Shown here piece by piece: positions 1-10,384 of a stretch of 64,000 nucleotides of DNA. The position numbers and the translations under genes were made by a program. Within the stretch, counting starts at the first letter, position 1, and every line of letters starts with the position of its first letter. Under the pieces are notes generated by a model. It was not told the DNA's origin, made no database searches, and saw only the letters and a program-made list of their open reading frames with translations. Source of the DNA: Octopus sinensis (taxonomy: Eukaryota); the NCBI RefSeq assembly GCF_006345805.1, contig NC_043005.1:54002001-54066000 (forward strand), in the 5' to 3' direction.

Positions 1-782
1 GACCTGACTGGAAAGCACTCAGTATACGAAATAAAAATTGCCCGGAAGCTTGTAGAAGACAATAGAATTGACACAAAGCGTAGCCTCCCTTGGACACAAG
101 ACCACTACATCACATCACACTCTGAGAAACAGGAGATTGCCACAAAGTACCTGCGTGAACAAGAGAGACAGTGACGCTCTTGTAATCCTAAGGTGCAACC
201 GCATGTGTAGGCTATGTCATGTTTCTTTGGAAGACATCGTGCAAGTGATTAGCAGCTGTTCTAAAATGACATCACTGTACTACCTCCGTTCGTGGTACGA
301 TGTTGTTGCTAAAACAATTTACAATCCCATCCGCAAGAAAGACTGTCCTGAAATAAACAGAAAATCCCTCTATTATAGAAAACATTCACAAACACCAACT
401 CAAGGAATACTGGTGGAATATTCCCATCAAAACTTCTGTCAAGAGTAAACATAACAGGCTGGATGTTGTTGTTTGGGACAAAGGGGCAAAGGTATGTACC
501 ATCATAGGGGTTAGCTGCCTTGCAAATATAAATATCCCTTTGAAAATCAAAGAAAAAGAGGATATCTATGGACAACTGCTTTGAAACCTCTGGCTTCGAT
601 ATCCAAACTATGAATTCATATTCATACCAATAATAATTAGAGCACTAGATTTTGTTAGTAAATGGTTAAAGGAGGATCTGGATGAACTGGGATTTTCAGA
701 AAGAGAAATCGACCAGCTAATTCGTACATTACAAGTGCAATCTGTGAGTGGAACAGTAAAAATATGCAAGTTCCAAATGTGA
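1..782 (+). mobile_element. Decayed 3' coding end of a non-LTR retrotransposon with restriction-like endonuclease (R4/Dong-like)
   Basis: Frameshifted translation gives QEIATKYL, a CCHC-like knuckle CRLCHVSLEDIVQVISSC, then YWWNIPIKTSVKSKHNRLDVVVWDKGAKVCTIIGVSC...KEKEDIYGQL*...PIIIRALD, matching the RLE (PD-(D/E)xK) motif order. Contains stops and frameshifts. Confidence 0.85.
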
Positions 783-893
783 ATTTGTTTGTGTTAACTA
801 CATCCCAAAGACGGAGCCTTGTATCTTTGTTGGAAACTGGCTCCCTCCTTAGTGGAAGATTTACAACAATCAAAAAATAGAAGCGCATACATG

Positions 894-1953
894 CAGTGTT
901 TAGACTAAATTTGACATTTTATATGAAAATAAACGAAAACACAATACCCCATCGAAAAATAATTGTATTTAAAAATATTTCAAATAGATTGAGGCTGAGA
1001 GATGTGAGTTAACTCAAAGTAGCGGCCTTCAGCTTCCACCATGATCTCAAGATGTGTCTGGAACCCGACGCATGTCTTCTTCACTGTTTAAGAAGGTTTT
1101 CGAACACCTTCTTGATCTTGGCCATCAGTTCTGCCTTGGTTTTGCAGGAAGAGAGGTTGGTGTCTTTCTAAACTCCTGATCCATAGGGTTATAATCGGAA
1201 GAGTTGGGAGGCCAGAAGTTGGGGCTGTTGAAGTCGAAAATATTTTCAGACAACCACTTCTAATTCTTCCTGGAAGTATGGCAAGGAACCGAATCCTGCT
1301 GCAATACCAATGTTCGTCGAGCAGCAACCCTCTCTCGTCAAGGTTTGACCACAACCTCCAGCAGCTTCACATAGCCACCTGAATTGAGCCTGAAGTCTCG
1401 TTCAAAGATGTGGGGATGAATCCTGGCGTGCAGACGAAGACAGAACGCCTACTGTATCCCTGCCTTCTGGCCACGGTTTCCTTTTTCTCCATTACAGCTG
1501 TCCGTGTCAGAGCTTACAGTTTCTGCAATGTTTACGAAGCATTGAGCAGCAGTCATAACATCAGTATCTTTATACCCGGCGCTAATCATCATGATACAGC
1601 TAACTCTTTTCCAATATTCAGATGGCTTCTAGTCCTCCTCACCAGCTAACTTTTTCTTAACTACAAACTTTAATCTTTATGCTTTTCAGTGATCTTTGAC
1701 TTCGTGAATGCATCAGAATATTCCTATATTTTTTCTACTCTAGACACAAGGCCTGAAATTTTGGGGGAGGGAGCTAGTCGATTAGATCGACTCCAGTACG
1801 CAACTGGTACTTAATTTATCGACCACGAAAGGATGAAAGGCAAAGTCGACCTCGGCAGAATTTGAGCTCAGAAGGTTAAGACAGAAAAAAACATCAAAAT
1901 ATTCCTGAAAAAGGAGACATAAACAAATTGTCAAATTTAGCCTAGATACCCTG
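894..1953 (-). mobile_element. Internally deleted Tc1/mariner-superfamily DD37D (maT-like) transposon
   Basis: Imperfect TIRs CAGTGTTTAGACTAAATTTGACA (894-916) and TGTCAAATTTAGCCTAGATACCCTG (1929-1953). Minus-strand QQDSVPCHTSRKN*KWLSENIFDFNSPNFWPPNSSDYNPMD has 37 residues between the last two Asp. Confidence 0.85.
1726..1891 (-). mobile_element. SINE family A, 5'-truncated, nested in the maT element
   Basis: Core CCTTTCATCCTTTCG..GGTCGATAAATTAAGTACCAG (reverse strand). 15-bp TSD CATCA(G/A)AATATTCCT at 1711-1725 and 1892-1906. Confidence 0.85.
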
Positions 1954-1961
1954 TTCATGCA

Positions 1962-1993
<32 letters not shown>

Positions 1994-2117
1994 CACGTGC
2001 AGACATACCCACACGTGCGCACACAACACACACATGCACTTATGTATGTGAAGGCACGTGCTTTAGTGATTAGAGTTTGCACTCAGACTCAAAAGATCGT
2101 AATTTTGATTCCCAGAT

Positions 2118-2168
2118 TGGTGGTGGTGGTGGTGGCGGCGGTGGTGGTAGTGGTGGTGGTGGTGGTGC
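2118..2168. repeat. (GGT)n microsatellite
   Basis: Direct reading; it explains the poly-Gly and poly-Pro ORFs. Confidence 0.95.
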
Positions 2169-2467
2169 ACCTAAATTTATATTCTGGGCTTCAGACGAAA
2201 AAGGCACTGAACTACAAACAGTGAAACCTGTTGACATTCTCAACCAAAAAGTCATCAGGCTGATGAGTGGAATATAATATCCCTTGCTTGGAAAATAAGA
2301 AAGGTTTAGCAACAGGAAAGCCACCAATCTGTAAAACAATGCTTTAGCAATATGCATTCGTTTAAATCAGTGTTTCTGAACCATTTTGTGCCTATGGACC
2401 CCTATGATTCCAATTTTATTCTACTGGACCTCCATAGCGATTCAATGTATATGAAAAAATCCTACTA

Positions 2468-2619
2468 GAGTGGCTTTGTGGTAAGAAGCTTACATCCCAA
2501 CCACATGGTTCTGGGTTCAGTTCCACTGCATGGCACCTTAGGTTAGTGTCTTCTACTATAGCCTCAGGCCGACCAAAGCTTAGTGAGTGGATTTGGTAGA
2601 CGGAAACTGAAAGAAGCCC
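2468..2619 (+). mobile_element. SINE family B head (tRNA-derived, CORE-like segment)
   Basis: GTGGTAAG...GGGTTCAGTTCC box B, followed by GCACCTT-GG..AGTGTCTTCTACTATAGCC, which is shared with more than 10 copies in the window. Ends in (AT)n. Confidence 0.85.
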
Positions 2620-2629
2620 ATTTTGTGTA

Positions 2630-2690
<61 letters not shown>

Positions 2691-3213
2691 GTCAAATTTT
2701 ATCGCAATTTGACTTGTTTATATATATATATATATGAGGATGGAAATGAATTTGTATAATTCTAATCCAGAAACGCACCCATAATTAATCGAAGACTGTT
2801 TGATTTCGTTATTTTTCCTCTTTTTACCTATGTGAGTTACAAATATTGTTATCTGTGGAGTCTTATCTGTAGTAAAAAGAAATAAGCTGTTTTTTGGCTT
2901 CTATTTCTAAATTTTCGGTATGTGGTGAAGCAACTTGTTGCTTAACCCTTAATTATATTTATATTTCATAAGCACCAGTATAGGAACAAGGATCATATAG
3001 CCGTAAACTGTGAATTTTTATCTCACTGCAGCAGAAGCACAACCAACAGCAGACCGAATGAGAAGGGGTAACAACATCAACTGTGATCCTGTAGTGATGG
3101 AATCAACTGCGTTGCCCCATTTATTTTAATCGCAATATATATAAGGAAAAATGGACGAGTCCACATAAAACTCATACATGCCATGTAACTAGCAATTTTT
3201 AATTATTTAAGCA

Positions 3214-3286
3214 GCCGGGCTAGCTCAGTCAGTAGAGCATGAGACTCTTAATCTTGGGGTCGTGGGTTCGAGCCCCACGTTAGGCG
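3214..3286 (+). tRNA. tRNA-Lys-CTT: tRNA-Lys(CTT), variant or retroposed copy
   Basis: 73-nt cloverleaf GCCGGGC TA GCTC AGTCAGTA GAGC A TGAGA CTCTTAA TCTTG GGGTC GTGGG TTCGAGC CCCAC GTTAGGC G, close to the canonical metazoan tRNA-Lys-CTT. T5 terminator at 3291-3295. Confidence 0.9.
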
Positions 3287-3310
3287 TACGTTTTTATTGA
3301 GTTACTTTTT

Positions 3311-3729
3311 AAGGCGGCGAGCTGGCAAACACGTTAGCACGTCGGGCGAAATGCTTAGCGGTATTTCGTCTGCCGTTACGTTGCGAGTTCAAATTCCGCC
3401 GAGGTCGACTTTACCTTTCATTCTTTCGGGGTCGATAAATTAAGTACCAGTTACGCACTGGGGTCGATGTAATCGACTTAATATCTATGTCTGTCCTTGT
3501 TTGTCTTCTCTATGTTTAGCCCCTTGTGGGTAATAAAGAAATAGGTATTTCGTCTACCGTTACGTTCTGAGTTCAAATTCTGCCGAAGTCGACTTTGCCT
3601 TTCATCCTTTCGGGGTCGATTAAATAAATACCAGTTACGCACTGGGGTCGATGCAATCGACTTAATCCCTTTGTCCGTCCTTGTTTGTTCCCCCTATGTT
3701 TAGCCCCTTGTGGGCAATAAAGAAATAAG
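3311..3729 (+). mobile_element. SINE family A head-to-tail dimer
   Basis: AAGGCGGCGAGCTGGCA head, GAGTTCAAATTCC box B, tail ...AAAGAAATA. The second unit restarts at GGTATTTCGTCT (about 3544). Confidence 0.9.
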
Positions 3730-4530
3730 TTTTTAATTATTTAGGGAAATGTACAGCATTCTAATTTCAATTCCTGCTACAGATTTCAATGCATTCCTTC
3801 CATGCAGGGTCAGTAAAACAAGTAGTAGTTGCCCAATATTGGAATTCAAACTGTCATTTCCACTTTGCAGACTTGTGCCATTATAAGAAATCAATATTTA
3901 AATTAATCTGTAAGCAAGCATGCTGTCCTAGATTCGTACACTACATCCTTTCTGAATATATTTACAGCATTGAGAAATATGAAAGACGCTCCATGTGTAA
4001 ATGGGAAAACAATCTAGAGAACAAAAATATATATCAGATTTATTTATTTGGTTGTCTTATTTACAAAATGTGCCATTTATTTGAAAAAAGTAAAGATCGT
4101 GTAAAATAAAAAAAAATAGGCATTTATTGGAAAGATTAATATGTAGGAATACAGTTTAGTCTAGAATGAATATCTTTACAAGGTTTCTTTTCAACTGAAC
4201 ACTCGTTTTAGAAATGATTTGAGCTGTTGAAATAAACAGCTCCAAGGAATTAAAAAGCATGAACTCGAATGTTTACAACTGGAATGTATGTTTTTTTTCC
4301 TATTACCATTTTAAAATGTCAACTGAGATAAATATAATTTTTTTTTGTTTTATAAATGCCTTTATTTTTGTCTTTATGTATTCTTTATTTGTTTCTTTTT
4401 TTATTAGAATGATTATGTAAATTTTCAATACTGAAGTAAACAGATGCAAAAAAAAAAAAAAGAAAGTGAAAAACGAATGAGAAAAAGAAAACAAAATCTC
4501 ACTTTCGTGAATTAATACCAGGCCACTCAC

Positions 4531-4554
4531 ATTTTCAGCTTGTACACTTCTTTT
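4531..4554 (-). CDS. Candidate 24-nt micro-exon (unverified)
   Basis: Long polypyrimidine tract ...TTTCATCTTGTTTTTTTAG, then AAAAGAAGTGTACAAGCTGAAAAT, then GTGAGT donor. Two of three phases are open. Confidence 0.25.
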
Positions 4555-5030
4555 CTAAAAAAACAAGATGAAATAAAAAAAAGAAATTATTGAAAAAAAA
4601 AATTAAATTTATAAGAACTTCTCTGAATAAAGAATGTAGTTGTGATTTAGCTATTATCTATATGTTTTTGAAATGCTTCTGAATAAGATTTTTAAAGTTT
4701 TCAAAATTTATATGTACTAAAATAGAAAAAAGTAGGAATTGAGTAAACCCTTTGGATAAAAATTTCTATAAATGCTTTAAAATACAAATGTAAATAAGTT
4801 ATTTCTGTCATCTCTACATAGACCTGTGGATGGCCATGCCGATAAGATAACAGGCAAGCTACAAGTGGATTTGCAGGCAAGCCACATGTAGGTTTGCAAT
4901 CCAATGTTGTAGTTGTTTAGCCCCGTGCCTGTTTCAATCCAGGTCAATCTGAGATAGGATGGGAGGAATTTCAACCTAGATCATCCCTTCTTTTATTCAA
5001 ACAGTGTATCTAACCCTTTAATATTCAAAT

Positions 5031-5200
5031 TAATCTGTCAAGGATAATGCTTATTTATTTACATTGTTTTGAATTAATCATTCATTATCTCATAGCCTGA
5101 CGATTTTGATGATATGATTGTTTATTTTTAGAATGACATTATAGAGGCCAGATCTGGCCAGTTTGAAAATAAAACAGATAGAAGATTTGGGTCAGATATA
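5031..5200 (+). mobile_element. Partial piggyBac-like MITE (family with CCCTTTAGCATT TIR)
   Basis: TAACCCTTTAATATTCA start. Body similar to copies at 22061 and 43298. Confidence 0.6.
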
Positions 5201-5211
5201 AAATAAATAAA

Positions 5212-5465
5212 AAATAAATGCACCCTTTTAAAGCCTAGCCAGGCTCATGGGCCCGGTTTCCCGGTCTCTATGGCATATGTGTTCCCCAGCTGGACAAGAC
5301 ACCAGTTCATCGCAGCATTACTCATTTTTGCCAGCTGAGTGGACTGGAGCAACGTGAAATGAAATGTTTGCTCAAGAACGCAACGTGTCACCTGGTCCAG
5401 AAATCAAAACCACAATCTTACGATCATGGTGCTGACACACTAACCATTAAGCCACACACCTCCAC
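5212..5465 (-). mobile_element. SINE family C (tRNA head, V-domain-like CTGCGATGGACTGG segment)
   Basis: Reverse complement of the full copy at 51300-51560. Confidence 0.85.
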
Positions 5466-5667
5466 TTGGAGGAAGGAAAAATACACTCAGCACCAGAGCT
5501 GAAGACATCTCTGAAGAGGGGTCCCTACCACATCGAAAACAATCTTACAATCATGGTGCTGACACCCTACCCATTAATCCACGCACCTCCACTTGGAGGA
5601 AGAAAAAATGCACTCAACACCAGAGCTAAAGACATCTCTGAAGAGGGATCCCTGCCACATAGAAAAC
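5413..5667. repeat. Local tandem duplication, about 127-bp unit x2
   Basis: CAATCTTAC(G/A)ATCATGGTGCTGACAC...CTCTGAAGAGGG(G/A)TCCCT(A/G)CCACAT occurs at 5413 and 5540 and spans a SINE/flank junction. Confidence 0.9.
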
Positions 5668-6829
5668 AGTAGAAGAGTAGGGGCCAAAACCAGACGTGGT
5701 TCCTCCTGAAGATATCTTTAGCCACTGGATCCTATAAAGGAAGTGTTGAGATAGTGAACCATAAAACGTGGTTGGAATTCTTCCTATATATTTAATATGT
5801 ATGTGTGAACTTACACTGTATTTCTTTCTCTTTCATGCACTAACCTTTTCTTTTTCTTATGTTCTCTTTCCTTTATTCTCCCACAGTGTTTTTCTTTCTT
5901 TCCTTTACTGGTTCTTTTCCTTGACTTTTCTCTCAAAAATGTAACAGCATTTCTCTCTCACTTATTCTTCTCTCTTTCTGTTGTTTTATTTTCTTTACTA
6001 GATCCTCAAAAATGGACAAATCTCTCTAGGAAAAAAGGAAATTTTCCTTAACTGTTATCGATGTTAATTTGTGAAATTAAATTTTGGGATGATTAATCTG
6101 ACATTAAAATACAGTAAATGTACATTTTCCAACCAACTGCTACTATGAAAAGTGTCTATTCAATATCATCTTCCATCATACATCGAACATTTTATCTGCA
6201 TAAAAGGAATTCTGGAGAAACTTAATGCATCAATAAAACTAAAGAAGAGTTAAAAACAGAGGATAGATAAAATAAACATTTTAAATGAAATTATGCTTAT
6301 TTTTGTCAGATTTTAAAAGAATTACATGTTTCAAAGTGTAATTATGGTATGTACAAAGAAAATATGTTCTTTGTATTGTTAAAAACAGCAATGAATAAAA
6401 TATGCTTTATTTATATACCAGCGGTATAAAATATGCACAAGTTTACATTTATAGATATATGAAATTTACTTACTGAAACCAAACATTAGTGTTTATTTTG
6501 TATTATATCATTCATACATACACACAAACAGACTGTGAGATGTTAACATTTCAGAGTAGTTGTATATATTTCTACACACACATACACACACACACACACA
6601 CACACATGCTTATAACTCTATGTGCGTCTATTTGCATGTGCAAATGAAGACATACAATAGAAATACAAAATGGCTGACGGTTAGTAAGGAGAGATACAAA
6701 TTAGAAAGAAGAAAACAAAGGACCACTGATGCGGTCACAGGAATGTGACAAAAGAACTCTGGCGGAAATAAGATTAAGATTAATGTAAAAAATAAATAAC
6801 ACTGAAGCAAAGTAACACCAAATATATAG

Positions 6830-6877
6830 TGCGTGTGTTTTTATTGGCTAAACTGGCAAAATGACCATTCCGAAATA

Positions 6878-6922
<45 letters not shown>

Positions 6923-6928
6923 TATATA

Positions 6929-6991
<63 letters not shown>

Positions 6992-7098
6992 TATATATAT
7001 AGTTAATCCAAACAAGAAAACACAGAAAAAAAGAGAAAAAAACACAGCAACGCAGGACGTGGAACAATTAAAGTATTATTGACGCTCAGGAAAGAAGG
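6830..7098. mobile_element. Penelope-like terminal fragments embedded in (AT)n
   Basis: AGTTAATCCAAAC..GAAAACAC...GGACGTGGAACA..GACGCTCAGGAAAG is shared with 32877-33085. Family assignment is inferred from the hammerhead-like motif in the sister copy. Confidence 0.45.
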
Positions 7099-7125
7099 AT
7101 ATATATATATAGATAGATAGATACA

Positions 7126-7156
<31 letters not shown>

Positions 7157-7157
7157 G

Positions 7158-7225
<68 letters not shown>

Positions 7226-7254
7226 CATATATACATGTATGTATGTATTCTCTT

Positions 7255-7710
7255 ATTCTTTTACTTGTTTCAGGCATTTGATTGTGGCCATGCTGGGGAA
7301 ACACTTTAAAGGGTTTTAATAGAAGAAATCGTCCTCGGAACATTTTCTTTGTAAGTCTTCTACTAATTTTATTGGACTTTTTTTGCCAGACCGCTATGTC
7401 ACAAGGATGTAAACACACTAACATTGGTTGTCAAGCGATGGTTGGGGGCACATCGTCAGCATCATTTAAATAAGGGAGCCTCATCTATCCCTGTGATAGG
7501 GTTCTAACAGGTTCTACCATTGCAGGTTAGAATGGATCTGGGAGTAATGATATTTAAGGGGCAACTCTACACATTCCACAATTTCCAATCTGGAGCCTCA
7601 CCATGTGCACATGCACATACACAAAAGGCTTCTTTCAGTTTCCATATACCAAATTTAATCACAAAGCTTTGATCAACCTGGAGCTATAGTAGAAGGGACT
7701 TGCTGCAAAT
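7255..7710 (-). mobile_element. Fragmented SINE family B (tail 7255-7450, head about 7625-7710)
   Basis: TTTTACTTGTTTCAG.CATTTGA.TG.GGCCATGCTGG tail and CTTCTTTCAGTTTCC head motifs. Confidence 0.75.
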
Positions 7711-7904
7711 TATGTTTCCTCAAGAAACTTGATATATCTACATAAATAATATTTTCAAACATGACTTTCCATAACAAAAGATAGATTTCTGTATAAAATT
7801 GCTTTTTGCTCTTAAGAGTAATAGAATTTTGAGTTGTTATGTCTGATTTCTGCAACAAAAAATGTTAAAGATTATGATTTAATCACAAATGCATACCACA
7901 TATG

Positions 7905-8260
7905 CAAGGCGAGATTAAGACCCATCAAGACCCTAAGCACTTAAAAGATTTAGGTGCCCCCACAAAAGATTATGTAATTCAAAATATAAACAATAACAAA
8001 CCATAAAATAATGTTTTATTTTTCAAAACAAAGCAAAACAGTAAGAAGGAAAATAATGTTTATTCTTGTATAATTCCACTTTATTTATATTTGAAAGATT
8101 CCTCCCACTTTTTGGAATTGCAAGGTCTTTGATCAGATCCTCAAAATTAATCTTAGGTAACACATCTGTAGCTATACTTAGAGATAAAGGCATTCCAAAT
8201 ATTATTTTAGCAAGTTTAAAGGGATATTTTTGGGGTGCCATCTCCTTCCCTTGATGCCAA
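7905..8260 (-). mobile_element. hAT transposon 3' remnant (dimerisation domain plus terminus)
   Basis: LSIATDVLPKINFEDLIKDLAIPKSGR resembles the hATC C-terminal LSIExxxLxKIxFxDxIxxFAxxKxR pattern. The terminus CAAGGCGAGATTAAGA...CCCTAAGCAC...GGTGCCCCC is typical of hAT subterminal sequence. Confidence 0.6.
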
Positions 8261-8349
8261 CACTTGAATCAAAAACATTGTGAAAGATTACTCACACTGG
8301 TTTTACACCTCTCCTCCTCCTTTTCTCATGTTACTATTTAAAAAATGTT

Positions 8350-8565
8350 ACCTACTCAAGCCATACCAACTCATAACTGGTTTCTCGGTTTCAAGGTGTA
8401 TATATTTCCCACCTGGTATCTCATTTTTGCCAGCTAAGTGGACTGGAGCAACATGAAATGAAGTGCTTTGCTCAAGAACACAACATGTTGCCCAGTCCAG
8501 GAACTGAAACCACAATCTCACGATTATGAGTCTAACACCCTAACCACTAAGCCAATGTCTCCGCC
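8350..8565 (-). mobile_element. SINE family C
   Basis: CTCATTTTTGCCAGCT.AGTGGACTGGAGCAAC..GAAATGAAGTG.TTTGCTCAAGAACACAAC...CTAACCACTAAGCCA. Confidence 0.8.
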
Positions 8566-9411
8566 ATGTTTCTATTCCCCACACTCTTTTCCTTTAATTT
8601 CCTCTCTCCCCTGTGTAGTCAACGATTAGAGACCTTTCCAATTTGTTTCCAGGTAGGAAGAGCTCATACTTATACATAAACTTAATGCAAATTTATACAG
8701 AGATAAACATCACTCGTTGGGAATGGCTTTCTTTAATGGAACTGGCTGGAAGTGATAATATTTCAGACAATGAGAAGATTGTTACATCATGACTGCAAAC
8801 AGCAATATTTAAGAATAATGGGCAAAACTAACAATTTTTATAGATTATTTCAAATTTCATTACTGCTTGCTTATTGTCTGTCATTGGTAGAATTTCATAA
8901 GTGTTAAAAAAGATCAAAGAGACAAAGAATTGAAATTTAAAAAAAAATATTTTGTAGAATTTGATCACACAAATGTAAGATTAACTGGTAAGATGAAAAA
9001 TATTTGCTTAGCACAAACAAATATAACTAATTCATTATTATACATATGCTCTTTTTTTATATATATTTTCACTTTTCTTTTTAGCTAAAGGGAACAATTT
9101 TCATAAATTATCAGTGTTAGAATGTACTTTCACAATCGAAATTCAATTTCTGATATTTATCTTACTGTGCAAGTTTATCAAAATGAGAATCTAGCCACAC
9201 GGAAAAAAAGCAAGTTTCATTCCTATATTTTTAAAGTTTACTTCTTTATCTTTTAATAATTGTTTTGACTGTTTTTTTTTTCTTTTGACATATATTTTTC
9301 TTAATTTGGTGACTGATATTATTACCTGATGAGAATAAACCATGGATAATCAAGCCAAATAGTTTGTATTTTGACACTAGAGCTGTAATGGTGTCCATGA
9401 CATACATGTTA

Positions 9412-9452
9412 AATAATGATGGTGGTGGTAGTGGTGTTGCTGCTGCTGCTGC

Positions 9453-9489
<37 letters not shown>

Positions 9490-9490
9490 A
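9412..9490. repeat. Compound (GGT)/(GCT)/(GTT)n microsatellite
   Basis: Direct reading. Confidence 0.9.
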
Positions 9491-10168
9491 AGCAACAAGA
9501 TGGGTAGGGGTGATTAGGTGATGATCTAGGGCTTAGGGGCAGGAGACCCCAGACCTTGGAAAAAAGAAAAAAACTTTGGTCGTCTTGTTGTAGTCGAGGG
9601 CTCTTTGTTGATGCCTGACCCCACTAGGAGGTGGCCCTTGAAGTCACTGGAAATGGAGATCTCCAGGTCCAAATTCTTGAATGGCAGATGCTGCTGCTGA
9701 GGATGATGATGATGAAGTGACCAAGATATTTAACACTCAACAGCCTACTTATAGGCCAGTCAGTTGTTGTTATGATCAGAGACATTCCAGTAATAGTCAT
9801 TCCTTCTTTCTTTCAGATATTGTACATCTGAGAATAACTTATCCAGTGTGCCCTCCTTTCATTGTTTAATACAGTAGATAATAATTTGAAGAAAAGTTGA
9901 CTGGTATTTCTAGTCAATCACTTGCTAAAAGAAATGACAACACTGTCACACTGGTGAGAGATTTTGTTTACATGCAGTGCTGAGTTCAGTTGTACCTGGG
10001 AAAATATCGTTTAGATCAACATCGCCTCCAGTAGGTAATTTGTTTGTCACTAACATAAATCAGAATTAAATGCCCAATGTAGTAGATTCTGATGTTAATC
10101 AAACTATTTGATGAGGTATCCCTGAAGCTAAGTCTTAAGATCAAGCTATCTCTTTGTTCATACTCTTA

Positions 10169-10384
10169 CAAGGATGTACTGAAAAGTTCCAGGCTTTGGG
10201 TAAAAAAAAATACAGGAGGATCAGTTAATTATGATTTTCTTCAATATATTCCCCTCTCAAATTTACACACAGTTTAGAGCAATCCTTCAGTTTTCCTAAG
10301 CCCTGTAAAAAACTCAGAAGGTTGAGCCTCCAACCAGGCCTTGCATGACACCCTTAAAGCCAGGAACTTTTCAGCAGCCCCTCA
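10169..10384. mobile_element. Mariner-like MITE (irritans/Hsmar2-type TIR)
   Basis: TA-flanked. Left CAAGGATGTACTGAAAAGTTCCAGGCTTT is inverted to right AAAGCCAGGAACTTTTCAGCAGCCCCTCA. Second copy at 51569. Confidence 0.8.

Noticed and set aside
2070-2357. Poly-Gly, poly-Pro and poly-Val ORFs
   Set aside because: All are frames of one (GGT)n microsatellite; there is no other coding signal.
2691-2713. Small hairpin GTCAAATT/AATTTGAC between (AT)n tracts
   Set aside because: An 8-bp AT-rich stem is expected by chance.
5505-5665. CTGAAGAGGG...GAAA as a possible hammerhead
   Set aside because: No closed stem II adjacent to GAAA and no stem I/III pairing.
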